A DNA stretch of 64,000 nt from NCBI GenBank assembly GCA_964468375.1, contig CAYXUW010000001.1, positions 28,322 through 92,321 on the forward strand, read 5' to 3'. A program made the position numbers and the translations under genes. Under the pieces are notes generated by a model. The model ran no database searches. It saw only the letters and a list, made by a program, of their open reading frames with translations, and had not been told where the DNA came from. Source of the DNA: an uncultured Pirellulales bacterium (GTDB taxonomy: Bacteria > Planctomycetota > Phycisphaerae > Sedimentisphaerales > Anaerobacaceae). Positions 59,437 to 64,000 of this stretch are shown here, in pieces (the stretch's first letter is position 1; each line of letters begins with the position of its first letter).

Positions 59437-60192
59437 TTATTTGACCTTCCGCATATCAGTATTATGAAATGGAATTCCATCGAGAAATTTCGCCAGCTCC
59501 GCCTTAATGAAATAGCTGGCTTTCAACTCTCTACATAAGCGGATAGCAGCAATCCCGAAATTTCGCCAGGTCCGGGCTGTGAACCTGTCGTAGTAATTCA
59601 TCTTGCCGATACGGAACTGATCAACAAAAGTGTGTGTTCGTCGGATTATCTCGAGTGAAGTTTCAGTCTCTATCACCGGCTCCAGGCTTACGAAAGTTTG
59701 AATGCCTCCTTCTTTGGCTTCTACAATCGCAGAAATTCTATCATCAGGAAGAGCTGCATAAGGTTCGCGTGCCCTGGATCCAGCCTCATCCAGAAGCGTC
59801 AGTGTGCTTCCGAACATATCATCTGGACCATATAAATCGAAATCGCGCGCAGCTCTCATGCCGCCTTTAGTAAGAATCTGGAATGGGATATTATTGTCCC
59901 TCAGGATTGAAATCGCCTGCCGGGTAATCTTTTCATAATCATCGAGCTGCTGATACGGATCACACCCAAAGCAGAGTAGTACGCGGTTGTTCATACCCGC
60001 AAGTTTTGGGGCTTCTTTACGAAGCCTTTTAAGGACATCTTTTTTGACAGTCTGCACGCTGTGAAATTCAGGATTCCGCATTACTGTCGGCCCAAAGCAG
60101 TAATCACAACAGAAGCCGCATCCCTTATATAAATTCACCGCCCAGTGAGCGTAATCTCTTGCTGGTCCCGATGGTTGATAAATCGCTCCCAT
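59437..60192 (-). CDS. Radical SAM domain protein (second copy)
   Basis: Exact second copy of 13347..14102. Confidence 0.7.
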   Translation of the reverse strand: MGAIYQPSGPARDYAHWAVNLYKGCGFCCDYCFGPTVMRNPEFHSVQTVKKDVLKRLRKEAPKLAGMNNRVLLCFGCDPYQQLDDYEKITRQAISILRDNNIPFQILTKGGMRAARDFDLYGPDDMFGSTLTLLDEAGSRAREPYAALPDDRISAIVEAKEGGIQTFVSLEPVIETETSLEIIRRTHTFVDQFRIGKMNYYDRFTARTWRNFGIAAIRLCRELKASYFIKAELAKFLDGIPFHNTDMRKVK

Positions 60193-60239
60193 GGATATCC
60201 CTTTTAGTTCGGTTTTCCGTTTCTTAAAATCTCGTCCAT

Positions 60240-60422
60240 CTACAAAACTGTATATTTACTTCCTATTTCAAATCCTTTTTTGAAAATTTTAGGGATGAGA
60301 ACCCCAATAACGTCATTCGGCAACTGCGATAACCTCATCAATTCGCTCGGCGATAACTTTGTGAGAAGCTCAAAATACGCCATTTGGCCGTGCTTCTTGT
60401 ATACCTTTTGAGATATATCCAC
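60240..60422 (-). CDS. Hypothetical small protein (second copy)
   Basis: Exact second copy of 14150..14332. Confidence 0.4.
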   Translation of the reverse strand: MDISQKVYKKHGQMAYFELLTKLSPSELMRLSQLPNDVIGVLIPKIFKKGFEIGSKYTVL

Positions 60423-60490
60423 CTGTCAACCCTTTCTGCAGCCGTGGTGCCCCGTGTCACCGCTTTGTCCGCCAAAGCCGCCTGTAATAC

Positions 60491-62170
60491 CTATTTCTTG
60501 GATTTCTTTGCTTTAGTGCCCTTCTTGGCTGGTTTGCCCGGTTTGTCTGCGCAGGCACTGCACAAATCTTCTTCTACCCAGTGACAAGGCCCGCCAGCTG
60601 TTTGGCATGCCTTCTCTTCGGTACATCCACAGACACGGCATTTTCTAACTTGCTTTTTGCCCTTTTTAGATTTGGCCGTCTTAGGTGTGCCGTCGGCTTT
60701 CAGATTCGCCCATTCCGCCGGCTCTTTGAATTCTTCCCTTTCGCAAACTTCGCGGTATTTCTCGTCAATGTCAATTCCGAAAAACCCTGCAATCATTCTT
60801 GCCGTTTTTATAGATTCTGCAGTCCCGCCTGTATCCATAAGGTAATAAAAATTAATCCTCATGGTTTCCCACAAAATGCTAGCTAAATCTTCGCATGCTT
60901 TCGCAGGGTTTTTGCTGAATTGTTTTTGAGCTTTGTCGACAAATTCAAAGGGATCTTTACAATCACCTGTAAAATCTATTTCGAGAGATACAATAAGCAA
61001 TGCCACAGCATACAGCTTGTTTTTATGCTTTATCGCTGTTGCAGGCGTTTCCTCAAGTCCCTTATAAAGTTCCATTATTGTCTGGGCCCATCTGCGCTCT
61101 TCTAATTCCGCCCGGAGCTGCTTGAGCGTTTCGGGCTTATTAGATTCTGTTTTTTGATTATGCTCCTTTTTGACCTTTACATAGATGATCCTGCCTTTTC
61201 CACTGCCGTGGACCACCAACGCGGGCACAGCCCCCTTAGTCGCTTTTTTGACTTTGCTGAACTGCCAGCTGCTCAGACGCCGGCCGTAAATCTTTTTCAG
61301 CCTATCGCATTCTTCCCTCTCATAACATTGAGATATCTCTACGCAGACCAAACCCGGATGTTTTTTCTGCATCTCCGCAAATTTAGCCTTCCCGACAGCA
61401 ATCTCTTTTGACTGCCAGCATTTTTTGTCGAGACATCTGTCTTTGGTGCCGATTGCATCCTCAGCTCTCTCCGCCCATAGTGTCGGCTGGCAGCTGCTCC
61501 GTTTCTGGCAATCCTGGCAGCCGGCAGTATCGAACGGCGCCTTTTTCAGAATCATCAGCTGCTCGGCCAGCCGTTTTTCGAGATCCCTGACAGTTAGATC
61601 GCTGCAGTACTGGAGCGATCTGTATATATCCTTGTCTTGGATGTGCTGGGGGAATCTCGCAATCAGTCCCAGGTGTGCCGCCGTGAAATAACTAAAATCC
61701 GAATCCTCGAGGATCAGCTCTTTCCATTTATCAGAAAGATTGTTATTTATCGCCTCGCGCTGATGGACCCATTGCTCGTTTTTGCCCATCTTCGACGCCA
61801 CCGCGGTTACATCATTTTTATACTTGGTCAAGAGCGTGGCAACGGCCCTGCCCTGCTCGAGAATTGTCAAGTCCACACGTGCGTAATTCTCAGCAAATGT
61901 AACATCAAACGCTGCATCATCAGATAATCTGCCGTGATTCAATACTGATATCGTCTCATAACCTACCTCACGAGCTGCCAGCAATCTCCGTTCGCCGGCA
62001 AGAAGCTCAAATTTCCCCCCATCGATTTCACGCACATGTACCGGCACCATAACACCGATTGCCCGGATGCTCTCAATAAGGTCAAGAAACGCTTGACTCT
62101 TTTTATTAATTATTCGTGGATTGTCTCCGCTGATTTTGATTTTTTTTATTTCAACTGGACAGAATTGCAT
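60491..62170 (-). CDS. ParB/Srx-domain protein with C-terminal Cys motif (second copy)
   Basis: Exact second copy of 14401..16080. Confidence 0.8.
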   Translation of the reverse strand: MQFCPVEIKKIKISGDNPRIINKKSQAFLDLIESIRAIGVMVPVHVREIDGGKFELLAGERRLLAAREVGYETISVLNHGRLSDDAAFDVTFAENYARVDLTILEQGRAVATLLTKYKNDVTAVASKMGKNEQWVHQREAINNNLSDKWKELILEDSDFSYFTAAHLGLIARFPQHIQDKDIYRSLQYCSDLTVRDLEKRLAEQLMILKKAPFDTAGCQDCQKRSSCQPTLWAERAEDAIGTKDRCLDKKCWQSKEIAVGKAKFAEMQKKHPGLVCVEISQCYEREECDRLKKIYGRRLSSWQFSKVKKATKGAVPALVVHGSGKGRIIYVKVKKEHNQKTESNKPETLKQLRAELEERRWAQTIMELYKGLEETPATAIKHKNKLYAVALLIVSLEIDFTGDCKDPFEFVDKAQKQFSKNPAKACEDLASILWETMRINFYYLMDTGGTAESIKTARMIAGFFGIDIDEKYREVCEREEFKEPAEWANLKADGTPKTAKSKKGKKQVRKCRVCGCTEEKACQTAGGPCHWVEEDLCSACADKPGKPAKKGTKAKKSKK

Positions 62171-62196
62171 TGTACTTTCTCCTTTCACCAATTCGG

Positions 62197-62226
62197 TTTA
62201 TAAAAGGCCCCGCACAAAGCGGGGCC
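62197..62226 (-). terminator. Intrinsic terminator-like hairpin (second copy)
   Basis: Exact second copy of 16107..16136. Confidence 0.65.
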
Positions 62227-62240
62227 TGGCAATACATTCA

Positions 62241-62840
62241 TTACTTCATCTGCACGGGCTTTGATAAACAAACCTCTTTATCACAGAAGCGAAGTTTTTC
62301 ATCAACTTCACTCCTAAAGGCGTACTCGTCCGGGCTGTATTTATTGGGCGGCAGCAGCGAAGGCAGGAATCCTAATCTTTTAAGAATTTCAGAAACCAGC
62401 TCGCTACAAAAAACACTCGACAAGTCGCTACGGTGGCCCATAAAAAACGACGCAACCGCCGAAGCAGCTCCCATAAGCTCTACAACGCTTTTTTCATAGG
62501 GCCGGTTTAGCAGTTCCGACATAGTGCTGTTTATAATTTCGTAAAACCGCTCGTCTCTTTCACAAACCAGACGCCGCAGAAAAGCCTTGCCCTTATACAC
62601 CTGTAGGATCTCACTTAAGGGATTCAGCTGAACGCCGTTTTTGCCATGCAGCGTTGTCGATTCAAAAAGCATTACCCGGCCGCCGTCTACAACGATGATG
62701 CCTATATGCGAGTAACGTGCCTTCCTGCGGCTGCATAATGTGCAGAAACAAAGTATCAGCGCGCTTATTGCGCCTTTGCCCCGGAAAAGAACTATATCAC
62801 CGGTTTTTAATGTGCTTCTGATATTTCTGTAGGGTATCAT
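62241..62840 (-). CDS. YiiX/C92-like amidase-like protein (second copy)
   Basis: Exact second copy of 16151..16750. Confidence 0.5.
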   Translation of the reverse strand: MIPYRNIRSTLKTGDIVLFRGKGAISALILCFCTLCSRRKARYSHIGIIVVDGGRVMLFESTTLHGKNGVQLNPLSEILQVYKGKAFLRRLVCERDERFYEIINSTMSELLNRPYEKSVVELMGAASAVASFFMGHRSDLSSVFCSELVSEILKRLGFLPSLLPPNKYSPDEYAFRSEVDEKLRFCDKEVCLSKPVQMK

Positions 62841-62841
62841 T

Positions 62842-63225
62842 TTACTGGCTCGCTATTACTCCGGTTAACGTGTTTTTTATGGCTTCAATCTCTCCTGCAG
62901 TGACAACGCCGCCGCTGGCTGCTTTGACATAAAGGTCCGCAAGGGCGGCTATTGCACTTTCTATTTGCAGTTTACCTTCGGATTTCTGTTGTTCGACTTT
63001 AACTGTTAATTGCGTCCCATCGGGAGTGTTCTTCATTGCCTCAAGTCCGCTCAAGGTCTGGTCGCCAATTCGATCATATTCTGTTTCTGAGCGCAAGCAG
63101 CTTTCGCCTTCGATGATCTCATACTCCTTATGGACTACTCTCGAGCAGCTACTAACTAGCCATACCGCAGCGGCCAGCAAAACCACTAGTGATATGACGG
63201 TTGATGAAAATCGTTTCGTGTTCAC
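62842..63225 (-). CDS. Lipoprotein (second copy)
   Basis: Exact second copy of 16752..17135. Confidence 0.65.
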   Translation of the reverse strand: MNTKRFSSTVISLVVLLAAAVWLVSSCSRVVHKEYEIIEGESCLRSETEYDRIGDQTLSGLEAMKNTPDGTQLTVKVEQQKSEGKLQIESAIAALADLYVKAASGGVVTAGEIEAIKNTLTGVIASQ

Positions 63226-63254
63226 TTTTTTCTCCTTTCAAATTAAAATAATGG

Positions 63255-64000
63255 TCACAATAGTTTCTCCGGACTTTTATAGCCGGTTTCTTTTTTGAGC
63301 TTGTCAAAGAGAAGGCCTTTTTTGTTTGTGGCTCCAGATGCTCTGGCTCGCTTTGCCCATTCCACCGCTTCGGTGAAGATTGAAGGTTTCAACTGGCCGC
63401 ACTGACACTGGGTTATCATGTGCTTTGTAATAGCCCTAAAGGTTCTGGTTTCTCTTGCATTGAGGTAAAAAGTCTTGGTGAGCTGGTCTGCCCAGAATTT
63501 TGACTTATCAACTATTTCAACATCCAAATCCAAAACTTCAGCGGGTTTTCTCTCAATGGTTGTATTTGTTTTTTTATCTGTATGAGTATAGGGATTGGTT
63601 TTTGGTATAGGTTGGTCATTTCCGCCAAATCCACCTGACCCCTTTGGCAAATCCTCTTGACTATTCTGACTATTCGATTTGTCAATTTTGACAAATCGGT
63701 TTTCATCCTTAAAGGCGTACCAAAGTGTGCGGTCATATTTTTTTGAATTGTAATTAGCTTTGAGTATGACCCCCTCGCGAAGCAGCTTGTCAAGAATCAC
63801 CCGGATCTGTCGGATAGTCCAGTAATCGAAAATCTCGGCAAGCCCCTTTACCGTGCAATATGTCCATGTTCGGCCGTCGTGATAATGTTTATTGTGGGCT
63901 TTATTTTTCTCTATCCAAAGCGCGAAATGGCGAATCATGATCGCAGCGGGAACTCCATACTGCTTTGCATATTTAACACTAAATGAATGCCATCGGCCTG
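63255..64000 (-). CDS. Replication-organizer-like wHTH protein (second copy, 5' end cut by the window edge)
   Basis: Second copy of 17165..17923, truncated at 64000. Confidence 0.4.
   Translation of the reverse strand, partial: GRWHSFSVKYAKQYGVPAAIMIRHFALWIEKNKAHNKHYHDGRTWTYCTVKGLAEIFDYWTIRQIRVILDKLLREGVILKANYNSKKYDRTLWYAFKDENRFVKIDKSNSQNSQEDLPKGSGGFGGNDQPIPKTNPYTHTDKKTNTTIERKPAEVLDLDVEIVDKSKFWADQLTKTFYLNARETRTFRAITKHMITQCQCGQLKPSIFTEAVEWAKRARASGATNKKGLLFDKLKKETGYKSPEKLL

Larger units (their letters stand above)
46091..64000. repeat. Exact second copy of nt 1-17910 (wrap-around or concatemer of the same unit)
   Basis: Every ORF-track entry between 270 and 17923 recurs at +46090 with identical translation. 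The nucleotide lines I compared (e.g. 1-60 vs 46091-46150) are identical. Confidence 0.95.

Overview
The window is not 64 kb of unique DNA. Nt 1-17,910 recur exactly at 46,091-64,000, so it covers about 1.39 turns of a 46,090-bp unit. That unit reads as a complete temperate tailed-phage genome in circular or concatemeric (non-integrated) form.

Going down the minus strand, which is the direction of almost all transcription, the modules are:
- Small-terminase candidate and a lambda GpA-type large terminase.
- A roughly 2.3-kb accessory cassette with its own near-consensus promoter and palindromic operator. It encodes a zinc-ribbon protein, small ORFs, a pentapeptide-repeat protein, an XRE regulator and a secreted coiled-coil protein.
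- A strong hairpin terminator, then a gpW-like gene, a lambda-type portal, an HK97-type prohead protease fused to a capsid protein, and a decoration-like protein.
- A membrane protein followed by two signal-peptide proteins sitting inside the structural operon.
- Candidate tail tube, tape measure and tail-tip/fibre genes; one fibre gene carries a 3 x 66-bp in-frame repeat.
- Two small membrane-protein morons, each with its own promoter.
- A divergent ribbon-helix-helix (RHH) switch region with a TAGCG/CGCTA operator array.
- A tyrosine integrase whose 3' end overlaps a tRNA-Pro(GGG) 3' fragment, which is the candidate attP.
- A tRNA(CAU) and an unusual 135-nt tRNA-like RNA with an Ala-type G3:U70 acceptor stem.
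- Early genes: a replication-organizer-like protein, a C92 amidase-like protein, a large ParB-like protein, a radical-SAM enzyme, a Xer-like recombinase, a 0.6-kb non-coding region with repeated RTGTCCSS motifs, many small Cys-rich proteins, an AP2-domain protein, a MazG-like protein, a YkgJ-like protein, and two tandem ParB-domain DNA methyltransferases.

Only two convincing genes lie on the plus strand. I found no rRNA, CRISPR array, transposase or reverse transcriptase. Functional calls rest on motifs I can read in the translations and on gene order; no database search was possible. Many starts were re-set by hand because the ORF track also opens ORFs at TTG/GTG.
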